Source of the DNA: Alphaproteobacteria bacterium
GTDB lineage: Bacteria > Pseudomonadota > Alphaproteobacteria > GCA-2746255
Length of the DNA stretch: 64,000 bases
Direction: 5' to 3'
Assembly: GCA_965249135.1 (NCBI GenBank)
Contig: OZ252220.1
Location: 1,184,001 to 1,248,000 of the forward strand
Shown here: positions 27,833 to 36,608 of the stretch, in pieces
How the letters are laid out: each line of letters begins with the position of its first letter
How positions within the stretch are numbered: position 1 is the first letter of the stretch
Program-made: the position numbers and the translations under genes
Notes under the pieces: model-generated
Told to the model about the DNA's origin: nothing
Databases searched by the model: none
Seen by the model: only the letters and a program-made list of their open reading frames with translations

Positions 27833-29518
27833 ATGCCCCATCCCCGTTCTTCCGACCAACTCCTCACCACGCTGATCCCTCTCGCCTACCGGGGGGTTCC
27901 CCTTGCGGTGTTGACGAACTTCATCGTTTCCACCCTCGTCGTCTTCGTGCTTTGGGGCACATCGCAAACCAGACCCTTGCCTATTGGCTGATCGGCGTCT
28001 TCATCGTTTCCAGTTCACGCCTCGGGCTTTGGATGCGTTTCCAAACGACGGCGATCGAGGTTGCGAATGTGCGGCGATGGGCAAATGGGTTGACGTTTAT
28101 CTCGGGTGCGAACGGCCTCATGTGGGGCCTTGCTGGTTTTTTTCTTTTCGTCCCCGACAATCCGTATCTGCAGACCTTTCTTCTCTTCGTCATCGGAGGC
28201 ATGGCGACCAGGGCGCTGGCCGTTTCCGGCCAATACATGCCGGCCTTTCAGGCGTTCTTCCTGCTGAGCCTGCCGGTGATCGGGATCCGGCTTTTCCTCA
28301 CCGGCGAGCCGGTAGAGCAGACGATGGCGGCGATGGTCGCCGTCTATAGCGTCGTCATCTTCTTCGCGGGCCTGCGCGTCGGCGAAAGTTTCATCAACGT
28401 CCTCACCTTGCAACAGCGCATCCGCGCGATCATGGACAACGTGTTCGATGGCATCGTCACCATCGACGCCCAAGGCCGCATCAAGTCGGCGAATCCGGTC
28501 ATCGAAAACATGTTCGGCTACACGGCGAAGGAAACGATCGGGAAGTCCTTCTTCGGTGATTGCATCCCGGCCGAGTACAACATCGACGCCTCGTCCCAAC
28601 TGCCGGTTTCCGGCGATTCGTGGAAATGGGGAACGGCGACTTCCGCCCGCGAACTCGTCGCCAAGCGAAAGGACGGCTCGACGTTTCTGGCGGATGTCGC
28701 GACAAGCAACGTGACCTATGGAGGCGAGGAGATCCACATCGCGACCGTCCGCGACATCACCGAGCAAAAGGCCATCCAGATCCAGCTGTTACAGACGTCC
28801 AAGCTGGCCACCCTCGGCCAGATGGCGGCCGGCATCGCCCATGAGCTGAACCAGCCCCTGAACGTCATCCGGATGGCCGCGGAAAACGCGCTGATCCGCC
28901 GGAAGGAGCGCACGCTGGATCCGGACTTCACGGAAGAAAAATTGGAGCGCATCGCGCAGCAATCCGAAAAGATGGGCGACATCATCAACCACCTTCGAAT
29001 GTTCAGCCATATCGACAAGGAGCGGGTGGAACTCTTCGATCTGGAGGCCGCCGTCAACCAATCCATCGAGCTGGTTCGGGACCAGTTCGACATCGACAAC
29101 ATTCAAATGCGCACCCAACTGCCCGACGGCCCTTTGATGGTGAAGGGTCACCCAAACCAGCTGGAGCATGTGTTGCTGAACCTCTTGAACAATGCGAGGG
29201 ACGCCATCAAGGAGCGGCGAAAGCACGATCCAAAGGCGCCTCGAACGGGGGAGGTGGACGTCGAGGTCCGCACGAACGGCTCGGAAGCGCCGATCACGGT
29301 CCGTGTTTCCGACAATGGTATGGGCATCGCATCGAAGGACCTGGATCAGATTTTTGATCCGTTCTTCACCACGAAGGTGGTCGGCGAAGGAACCGGCTTG
29401 GGGTTATCCATCGCTCAAGGTATTATCGGCGCCATGGGCGGGCAGCTTTCCGCCATGAACATCGCCAACGGCGCCTGTTTCGAGATTAAACTGCCCCAGG
29501 CACCGGGTAGTGAAAGCA
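27833..29518 (+). pseudogene. Paralogous membrane PAS histidine kinase with -1 frameshift in G4 run 27954-27957; 3' end hit by group II intron
   Basis: MPHPRSSDQLLTTLIPLAYRGVP.. frame switches to HIANQTLAYW..; HELNQPL, NLLNNA, DNGMG, FDPFFTTK, GTGLGL; currently reads into the intron to a stop at 29931. Confidence 0.8.
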
Positions 29519-31442
29519 GTAGAGTCGAGGAAGGGCGCGGTGGTTTGTACCGCATTGGCATCACTCCGTTTCCCTTCCCCGCTCATCAAGCCGGACGTGC
29601 GAATTTCCCGCATCCGGCTTTCCGACTGGCTTCATCCCGGGGCACACGGCGGGGGGCCAAGATGAACCCGGCGCAGCCGAAGCACGCCGAGATCCCCGAA
29701 CACGGTCCCAGCAGAGAACCGCGTGGTGCCGCGCGACGGCACCTTGTGACGCCTGACCAGAGAATGCCGCACGCGCTCATAGACGTAATTGTCGACCGCT
29801 CGATAGGCCGGCAGGCGCGTCCCGTAGCCGAAGTAGTGCGGCCAGCCGCGCAGCACGCTGTTCAGCTGGTCGCGCCTCGGGCCAGGGTGCCTGGTTGCCG
29901 GGCCGCAGGAGCCCTCGGACCTTCAGCTTGAGCCGAGCCACGCTCTTCCTGGACGGGCTCGCCCCCAGATACCAGTGGCCATCCTTGCGAAAGCGCTGCG
30001 GGCCGAAGCTATAGCCCAGGAAGTCGAAGCTCTCCTTGCGGCCATCGCGGACGCTGGTCTTGGCCTCGTTCAGGGTCAGTCCCAGCCGGGTCATCACCTG
30101 CCGCGTCCAGACCAAGGCCTCCCTCGCGTGTCCGCGACTGAGGATGACAAGGTCATCGGCATAGTTCACCACCTCGGCGCGGAACCTTGTGCCCTGCCCG
30201 GTGATCCGCCAGTACTTCAGAAAGCGGTTCATGTAGAGCGCGGCGAGCAGCGGCGAAACAATCCCGCCTTGCGGGGTTCCCCGTGTGCTCCCCCGGCCGC
30301 CCGTCATGCGCCGCTTGCCATCCCCGTCGGTCTCCTCGACCGGTGTCTTGAGCCACAATTTGATCAGGCGCAGGACGTTGCGATCGACGATCCGGCGCGC
30401 AACCGATTGCATCAGTTCCGCATGGGGAATCGTATCGAAGTACTTGGACAAATCCGCGTCAACCACGTCCGTGTAGCCGCGACAGAGAAGCTTGTGGACC
30501 GCCTGGACGGCATCGCCCGCAGAGCGTTTCGGTCGGTAGCCATAGGCACTGGGCTCGAGATCGGCCTCGAAGATCGGTTCGATCACGAGCTTGACGGCGC
30601 CTTGCACCACCCGGTCCCGGATCGTCGGGATGCCGAGCGGTCGTTCGCCGCCGCCGGGCTTTGGGACCATCGCCCGCCGCACCGGCTCAGGTCTGTACGT
30701 CTTGGCGCGAAGGTCGTCCCTGATCCCGGACAGCCACCCCTCCAGCCCCATCGCCTCGATCTCCTCGAAGCTCTGTCCATCCACCCCCGGCGCGCCCTTG
30801 TTGGACCGCGCCAGTCGGTAGGCATGGAACAGGATGTCTTCGCGATAGACCTTGTCGTAGAGCAGGTAGAAGCGGAAGTCCGGTTCCGCCTTCGCCTTGA
30901 GATAGAGCTTCCTCTGGAGAGTCCGGATCTTTTCAGGTGTTTGCAGGCGCATCGCCAATCACCCCGCCTCCTCTCCGTCAAAAGCGCACCAGAAGTAAGG
31001 GTGCTTCCCTCCGCCGGCATTACCCGGCATCAACGGTACTATCACCCTTTCCGATTCCCGCCCGCGCCGCCACCCGAGGTGACGTTGAGGCCGCTACCCT
31101 CGCCCGCGACGGGCCTCCCCCGATTACCCGTATCACCTTCCTTGCGTGCCGTGCCCACTACCCCGGCGGACCGGAACGGGTGCATTCGTCGGTTACTCCC
31201 CCGTTCCACGCGGCCTTCCCCTAATCTCAGGAGGGTCGGCGTCCATATCTTCACTTTCGAGGCCTGCTCAGGCTTCACTCGCGTTCGGCCCGCAAGGTCG
31301 CTCAACCGCCCAAGGCGGCCTTTGTCACAGGACTTCGGTCCCGCCGGTTACCCGACAAGACCGCCTGTCAGCTCCCAGATCAAACCGACAACTGTCTGGG
31401 TGGATCCTTCCTCCACTGGTGTTACGCGCCGTCGGGGCGCAC
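29519..31442 (-). mobile_element. Group II intron (1924 bp), antisense to host genes
   Basis: 5' GTGCG at 31442, 3' ..CTCGACTCTAC at 29519, domain V GAAAGCCGGATGCGGGAAATTCGCACGTCCGGCTT with AGC triad, domain VI, internal RT ORF. Confidence 0.93.
29632..30958 (-). pseudogene. ltrA: Intron-encoded reverse transcriptase/maturase (no endonuclease domain), frameshift at ~29875
   Basis: GAPGVDG, RPLGIPTIRDR, SAYGYRP, GTPQGG, YADD, FDFLG; domain X continues in another frame (RDQLNSVLRGWPHYF..) to 29632. Confidence 0.88.
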
Positions 31443-31482
31443 TAAGAATTTTCAGCTATTTGAGGAAACGACGGCTAGCTAC

Positions 31483-31854
31483 ATGGATGACAAGCAAAAA
31501 TCCGTTCTGATCGTCGATGACGATGCGCTTCAGCTGAAGGAGCTGTCGGATTTTCTGGCGACGCTGAACGTCGCATGCCTCCAGGAACAGAATGGCTATG
31601 GAGCGATCAACAGCATCAAGAAGAATCATCCCGACCTCGTCCTGCTGGATATCAAGATGCCGGGCCTGGACGGGATCGAGGTGGCCCGCCTGATCGAGAA
31701 GCTTACGCCTAGGCCGTCCGTCATCCTCATGTCCGGCCACGCCGATTGCGTGAGGGACGCGAACAACGCCGGGCTCGACGTGTTTGGGATCATCGACAAG
31801 CCGATTCCGCTGCGCGCCTTAAAGCGTTTCGTCGAACAGAAACTGACGGATTAG
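31483..31854 (+). CDS. Single-domain response regulator (receiver only)
   Basis: LIVDDD, LLDIKMPGLDG, MSG, KP. Confidence 0.93.
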   Translation: MDDKQKSVLIVDDDALQLKELSDFLATLNVACLQEQNGYGAINSIKKNHPDLVLLDIKMPGLDGIEVARLIEKLTPRPSVILMSGHADCVRDANNAGLDVFGIIDKPIPLRALKRFVEQKLTD

Positions 31855-31869
31855 CTCAAAAGCCCGGAT

Positions 31870-32595
31870 TTAAGCGAACTCGGCTTTCGCTTCCTCGACG
31901 GCCTTCCGGTAGGCGGCATCCGATTCGTAAGGCCCATGGGCGCGGAACTCGGAAAGCCGCGCCTTCACGATCCCGCCCCCGTGGGGCAACACCTTGAAAT
32001 AACCGCCGTCGCGGCCGATCAGGGGAAAGAAGCGCTTCCAGCGTGAAAAAACGCGCCTGGCCGTGGCCGAATGATTCTCGGCGTATTCCTTCTCCTGGGG
32101 GTCCTGCTCGAAAAGGTATTCGTGGGCCACGACGAATTCCTTCACGAATTTCCGATTGACGATCCGAAGATTCGAGATCACCCAACAGCGATCCTCGAAT
32201 TCCCAGAAATAGCCGAGGCCGACGAACTCCCCTTCCCGTGTGATGTAGGGGAAAAAGGGAAAGGCCCGGCAGGCCAGCGTCCGATTGTCCCGCTCGCAGA
32301 AGGCCGCACCTTTGCATTCGATCGCCTTGCAATCGGCGGCCGTCTCCTTGACGATTTGACGCGTGGCGGCATCGATGGGCTTGAAGCGGTGCCACAGATC
32401 CGTCCGCGACTTCAGCAGCTGCCATTCGGAGTTGTGGGCGATGGGCACGGCAGCCTCCGTCGTGCAGCACACCGGCTCGCCACCATTGAGCGGCGCGCAT
32501 TTCTTGCCGCAGTCGTAGCGCGAGATGGACGCCTGGAAGCGGTCATAGACCTGCTGGAAATGCGTGGGTTGAAGCTTCAGTTTCTTCTTTGCCAT
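31870..32595 (-). CDS. Hypothetical Cys-cluster protein (YkgJ/CxxCxxCC-like)
   Basis: DCGKKC..VCC..ECKG..FC..RTLACRAFPF..CW pattern; coding-like codon usage. Confidence 0.7.
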   Translation of the reverse strand: MAKKKLKLQPTHFQQVYDRFQASISRYDCGKKCAPLNGGEPVCCTTEAAVPIAHNSEWQLLKSRTDLWHRFKPIDAATRQIVKETAADCKAIECKGAAFCERDNRTLACRAFPFFPYITREGEFVGLGYFWEFEDRCWVISNLRIVNRKFVKEFVVAHEYLFEQDPQEKEYAENHSATARRVFSRWKRFFPLIGRDGGYFKVLPHGGGIVKARLSEFRAHGPYESDAAYRKAVEEAKAEFA

Positions 32596-32638
32596 GGGCT
32601 GGAACATACCAACCGTCGAAAAGGATTCAAGCGAAGAT

Positions 32639-32679
32639 AAAAAAGAAAAGGGGGCGGCCCGTCTTATAAGAACCGCCCC
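32639..32679 (-). terminator. Intrinsic terminator on the minus strand
   Basis: GGGGCGG/CCGCCCC stem with inner TCTT/AAGA pairing, followed by TTTTCTTTTTT on the minus strand. Confidence 0.72.
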
Positions 32680-32945
32680 AATCGGGAAACCGCAGGAACG
32701 CGGCGATCGGGCAAATTTCTCACCTTACGGAGCGCCCGGCAGCGATCGCCTTGGCGGTTTTCCTTACCCATCGTTTTCGCCGGGCAAAACCTGGCCGGTG
32801 GGAACGCGGGCCGGCCATCCTGCGTTGGCCTGAGAGGAAAGCGCACCGCAGAAACCATGACTTGCCCCGGGGAGCGCGGGCCGGGGGACTTGTTTTCTGC
32901 CCGCAACCCCCCGGGGACAAGGTTGGGCTTAAAGAGGCACCCAAA
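32639..32945 (-). ncRNA. Candidate ~305-nt structured RNA (unassigned sRNA or leader)
   Basis: Chain of about 7 adjacent hairpins bounded by an ECF-like promoter and a terminator; no convincing ORF with RBS; no family recognised. Confidence 0.45.
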
Positions 32946-32950
32946 TATTG

Positions 32951-32977
32951 GATGCCCGCATGCGCATGGAGGTTACA
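32951..32977 (-). promoter_or_regulatory. ECF-type promoter TGTAACC-N16-CATC
   Basis: AAC-containing -35, 16-nt spacer, -10 one change from CGTC; directly divergent from the ECF sigma gene. Confidence 0.55.
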
Positions 32978-32984
32978 GGGCGGC

Positions 32985-33013
32985 TTCAAGGGCGGTGGCG
33001 TCTGCGCTAGATT
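32985..33013 (+). promoter_or_regulatory. Sigma70-like promoter TTCAAG-N17-TAGATT giving a probably leaderless ECF sigma mRNA
   Basis: -10 ends 6 nt before ATG 33020; no SD. Confidence 0.5.
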
Positions 33014-33019
33014 GGCCGC

Positions 33020-33679
33020 ATGAGAGGAAACGCATCGCGGGGCCGCGCGGCGCCACCGCCGGAGGAAGAGCGAGCGCTGATCACGGGCCTGCGCGAGGGG
33101 GACGAAGCGAGTTACGAACGCCTGCTCGAGGCGTATGGCGGGCGGATGCTGGCCGTTGCCCGGCGCATCGTCCGCAACGACGACGATGCGCAGGATTGCG
33201 TGCAGGAGGCCTTCCTGCAGGCTTTTCGCAACGTAGCTCGCTTCGAGGGACGCGCCGCGCTCGGCTCCTGGCTGCATCGGATCGTCGTCAACGCGGCCCT
33301 CATGCGGATCCGCCAGCGGGACTGGCGGCAAGAAACGCCGCTCGAGGACTCGAGCCTGGAGTTCGACGCAAACGGCATGCGCAAGGAGGCCGGCCAGGCC
33401 CTCGTCACCCAGCCGGAGGACCTGCTGGAAAGCCGGGAAACCCAAGCCCTCGTCCGCAGCGCGATCGACGCATTGCCGGCGGATTTCCGTAACGTTCTTC
33501 TGCTTCGCGACATCGAAGAATACGACACCGCCGAGGCGGCGGCCCTGCTTGGGCTCTCCTTAAGCGCGACGAAGACGCGCCTGCACCGGGCGCGGGCGGC
33601 GCTGAAAAAACGGCTCGAAAAACGGCTCGAGCCGGATGGGCCAAACAAGAAAAACATTAACTTTGTAGACCGGACGTAA
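33020..33679 (+). CDS. ECF RNA polymerase sigma factor
   Basis: Region 2 DAQDCVQEAFLQAF..FEGR..SWLHRIVVN; region 4 LGLSLSATKTRLHRAR. Confidence 0.94.
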   Translation: MRGNASRGRAAPPPEEERALITGLREGDEASYERLLEAYGGRMLAVARRIVRNDDDAQDCVQEAFLQAFRNVARFEGRAALGSWLHRIVVNAALMRIRQRDWRQETPLEDSSLEFDANGMRKEAGQALVTQPEDLLESRETQALVRSAIDALPADFRNVLLLRDIEEYDTAEAAALLGLSLSATKTRLHRARAALKKRLEKRLEPDGPNKKNINFVDRT

Positions 33680-33686
33680 GAAACCC

Positions 33687-33929
33687 ATGCCGACTTGCCA
33701 AGAACTGGATGATTTTATCGTCGATTACCTCGAAGGGACGCTGCCGGTCTTTCAACGCCTGGTCTTCCAGCTGCACCTCGGCATGTGCCCGAAATGCCGC
33801 ACCTACCTTCAAGGCTATCGAAGGACGGTGCGTCTAAGCCAGGATGCGTATGCAGAGGAAAGCGACGGCCAAGCGATGCCGCCGGAACTGATCGATGCGA
33901 TCCTGGCCGCCCGCCAAGGCGAGATCTGA
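33687..33929 (+). CDS. Small soluble zinc-binding anti-sigma factor (zf-HC2/ZAS)
   Basis: N-terminal Cys plus HLGMCPKC (HxxxCxxC); 7 nt after the sigma gene. Confidence 0.9.
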   Translation: MPTCQELDDFIVDYLEGTLPVFQRLVFQLHLGMCPKCRTYLQGYRRTVRLSQDAYAEESDGQAMPPELIDAILAARQGEI

Positions 33930-33965
33930 TCCGGATCTTTGCGCTCAAAGCCCAGACGCTTTGCC

Positions 33966-34376
33966 TTACATATCCGGCATCTTCGGAAATTTCGTGAGAT
34001 CGTCGTGGATCGCATCCCAGGGCTGGGCGGACGACGTGTAGATATGCATCCCCGGCTGGTAGAGGCTCGGGTCATCGAGGCTGCCCGCCTTCACGATGAT
34101 CCCATCCGGCGCCATCTCGGCCAGCGTGAGCACCGGGGAGCCGCAATTCGCGCAGAAGCCCCGCTTGATCCATCGTCCGCTGTCCGCCGTCACCTCGTGG
34201 TACGTCGCCTCGCCCTCCTGGCTAAAACCCTCCTTCGGAAACATCAGGACCGAGGCCATCCCCGTGCCGGAAGCGTGCTGGCAGTCGGTACAGTGGCAAT
34301 TGGCCGCAAGCAAGGGCTCGGCCGAGGTCTCGTAACGGATCGCTCCGCATGCGCAACCACCTGCGTAAGTCGTCAT
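33966..34376 (-). CDS. GFA/CENP-V family zinc protein
   Basis: GGCACGAIRY, CHCTDCQ, FCANCGS; GGAGG RBS. Confidence 0.92.
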   Translation of the reverse strand: MTTYAGGCACGAIRYETSAEPLLAANCHCTDCQHASGTGMASVLMFPKEGFSQEGEATYHEVTADSGRWIKRGFCANCGSPVLTLAEMAPDGIIVKAGSLDDPSLYQPGMHIYTSSAQPWDAIHDDLTKFPKMPDM

Positions 34377-34825
34377 GATCGCCTTCCTCCCGTCTTTCAC
34401 TCATCGCTTGATCGGTTGCCCAATCCTTAGCCCTTAAGGAGGGGTGGAGGCAACCGGACACATCGTCAATCGGCAGGCAGGCGCGCCGAATAGGTCAGCA
34501 CGTCTTTACCGATTCCTGTGGATAATATCGCACTGCACGCCGAGAAGACCCCAAATCCCACGGAAAAAGTGGCTTTCTCCTTTCGCACTGCAAAACTTTT
34601 TAACCAGTTGTGACTCGACAGAAGGCTAGGATCGAGGGGATGCTTTTAACCACCAAAGCATCTCGAAGAGCAACTGCAGGATAAAAAACGTGAAGGTAAA
34701 ACTGCCCGGCATCGTTTCGTTTTTCTCCGCAGGGGGGGCCGAAATGCCCCTCAAGATTCTATCGGTTCTCGTGATCGCCCTTCTCATGGCACTGACCGTC
34801 TGGACCGGCGGCTGGTAAGCGCCGA

Positions 34826-35470
34826 TTGCAATCGTCCGCGTCGCACCCCAAGAACAGTGGATCTAAGGTCGCGGACGTCGCTGCCGCCTTTCTTCTTCTT
34901 TGTTGCTTCGCCGATCCGGCTTTAGCCGATTTCGAGGCCGGCGTCGCCGCCTTCGAGCAAGGCAACTACGCCCGCGCAATCCTCGAGTTCCAACGCACGG
35001 CCGAGAAGGGGGACGCGCTCGCCCAGTTCAATCTGGGCCTTCTCTATGAACTGGGCCTCGGCACGGAGGCGAACGCGGGCGAAGCCTTAGCCTGGTACGG
35101 CCTCGCGGCAGAGCAGGGAGTGCCGGCGGCGCAAAACAACCTCGGCGCCATCTTTAAGATGGGCCGCGGCGTAGCTCCCGACGACGCGCAGGCCTTCGCC
35201 TGGTATCGCCGGGCCGCCGAACAGGGTTTCACGGAAGCGCAGTACAACCTGGCCGTCCTTTACGACACCGGCCAGGGGGTGGAACGGAATTTGATCGAGG
35301 CGTACCGCTGGTTCAGCCTCGTCGCCGATGGCAAGCCCGCAAGCGATTACCAGGAACTGGCGCGCATAAACCGCGGGATCGTCGCCAGCCAGTTGAGCCC
35401 AGAGGCGCTTCGGCGCGCCCGAGGGTTGACGGAAGCCTGGCGGGCCAAACCAGAAGCGCCCGCAAAATAG
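34826..35470 (+). CDS. Sel1-repeat exported protein (start uncertain)
   Basis: Three AQxNLGxxYxxGxG repeats after a signal-like segment ending PALA-DF. Confidence 0.88.
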   Translation: MQSSASHPKNSGSKVADVAAAFLLLCCFADPALADFEAGVAAFEQGNYARAILEFQRTAEKGDALAQFNLGLLYELGLGTEANAGEALAWYGLAAEQGVPAAQNNLGAIFKMGRGVAPDDAQAFAWYRRAAEQGFTEAQYNLAVLYDTGQGVERNLIEAYRWFSLVADGKPASDYQELARINRGIVASQLSPEALRRARGLTEAWRAKPEAPAK

Positions 35471-35574
35471 ACCGGCCAGGGCGGCATCCGTTGGTTGCGT
35501 GGACGACTTTGAGACTTTAGGCTTTTCCGTGCGATTCGGCGAAAAGCGTAAGGTTGGCGGAAGGCGGCAAGGTC

Positions 35575-35805
35575 ATGACGGAAAAAACAGATCTCTATAA
35601 GTGGGGCTTGCGACTCTTCATCGGGGGAATGTTCGGCCTCGGGTTTCTTTGGACCGCCCACATGGTTGGCTGGCTCTATTCGCTTTTCATGCTGCCGGTC
35701 CGGAGCGTCGGCTGGGTGGAGTGGATGGTGGTCGGCGCCTTCTTCACCGGCGTTTTCTGCCAGTTGATGGGATTCATCCGCTTTTCCCTTGGCGAAAAGA
35801 GCTAG
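35575..35805 (+). CDS. Small hypothetical membrane protein
   Basis: 76 aa, two hydrophobic helices, GC3-rich codons. Confidence 0.6.
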   Translation: MTEKTDLYKWGLRLFIGGMFGLGFLWTAHMVGWLYSLFMLPVRSVGWVEWMVVGAFFTGVFCQLMGFIRFSLGEKS

Positions 35806-35826
35806 GAAGGCGCGAAAGTGGACGCC

Positions 35827-36471
35827 TCAGAGATCGACGGCATTTAAGCCCAGCGCGCGCTCCCACTTCGTCTCCGCATCGTCATCGAAAACGAGCCGCT
35901 CGTCATAGGGAACGACGATCCAATCGCCGCGCTTAAGCTCGTTCTCGAGCTGGCCGGGGCCCCAACCCGCATAGCCAAGCGCGAACAGGCTTCGCCTGGG
36001 TCCCTTCCCTGCGGCGATGTCGCGCAAGGCATCGAGTTCGACATTGACGGCGACATACGCGTTTACCTCCATGTCGCCGTCATAGAGCCGGTCCGTCGAA
36101 TGCAGCACGAAGTCGGCGCCCGGCTCGACGGGACCGCCGAAGTGGATGTGGATGCGGCCTTCCACGCCTTCGCCTTCAAGGCCGAAGCCCTCGAGCAGGG
36201 CCTTGGCGGGGCCGGTGCCAAGGGGCCGGTTGACGACCAGGCCGAAGGCGCCTTGGGCGGTGTGGCGGGCGATATAGATGACGGTCTCGGCGAAGATGGA
36301 CCCCTTCATCTCGGGCATGGCGACCAGGAGAAAGCCGGTGAGATCGCGGCCTTTGGGCGCCGGGGCCTCGGGAAGTTCGGCGCCTTTGTTCGCGGACAAG
36401 GGCGCGGCCAGGCCGAGCGCCGCCAGCAGCAGCCCCACTGCAAGGAACCCGCGGCGTGCGTAAGAGATCAT
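35827..36471 (-). CDS. YqgE/AlgH (DUF179) family protein with signal-like N-terminus
   Basis: LLVAMP, GAFGLVVNRP, FGGPVE, GYAGWGPGQLENE. Confidence 0.92.
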   Translation of the reverse strand: MISYARRGFLAVGLLLAALGLAAPLSANKGAELPEAPAPKGRDLTGFLLVAMPEMKGSIFAETVIYIARHTAQGAFGLVVNRPLGTGPAKALLEGFGLEGEGVEGRIHIHFGGPVEPGADFVLHSTDRLYDGDMEVNAYVAVNVELDALRDIAAGKGPRRSLFALGYAGWGPGQLENELKRGDWIVVPYDERLVFDDDAETKWERALGLNAVDL

Positions 36472-36507
36472 TTTGATGCCTTCCGATGTTCGAAAGCACA
36501 TGGAAGA

Positions 36508-36584
36508 TGGTGGGCCCGGCAGGATTCGAACCTGCGACACGACCGTTATGAGCGGCCAGTTCTGACCAACTGAACTACGGGCCC
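36508..36584 (-). tRNA. tRNA with CAT anticodon, most likely tRNA-Ile2 (lysidine)
   Basis: GGGCCCGTAGTTCAGTTGGTCAGAAC..CTCATAA..GGTTCGAATCC..GGGCCCACCA; 77 nt, encoded CCA, paired G1-C72 so not initiator; downstream of rpoD. Confidence 0.92.
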
Positions 36585-36608
36585 TTAAATTTTAAGGATA
36601 GACCCTGA

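Noticed and set aside
29632-30958. RT as a retron, DGR or defence RT
   Set aside because: YADD, domain X and flanking GTGCG, domain V and domain VI identify a group II intron; no TR/VR pair or msr-msd seen
29975-31510. 511-aa plus-strand ORF across the intron
   Set aside because: Antisense shadow of the RT; only its last ~22 codons matter, as the probable former kinase tail
32825-32845. CTCTCAGG (minus) as glycine riboswitch; GAGGAAAG (plus) as RNase P RNA
   Set aside because: GGAGA and CCGAAG elements are missing for the riboswitch; GAAAGTCC and other universal RNase P motifs are missing
32664-32906. 80-aa minus-strand ORF inside the candidate RNA
   Set aside because: TTG start without RBS, Arg/Pro-rich, stop lies inside the terminator hairpin; not fully excluded
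36508-36584. tRNA as an island integration site
   Set aside because: No duplicated tRNA 3' end or integrase seen nearby
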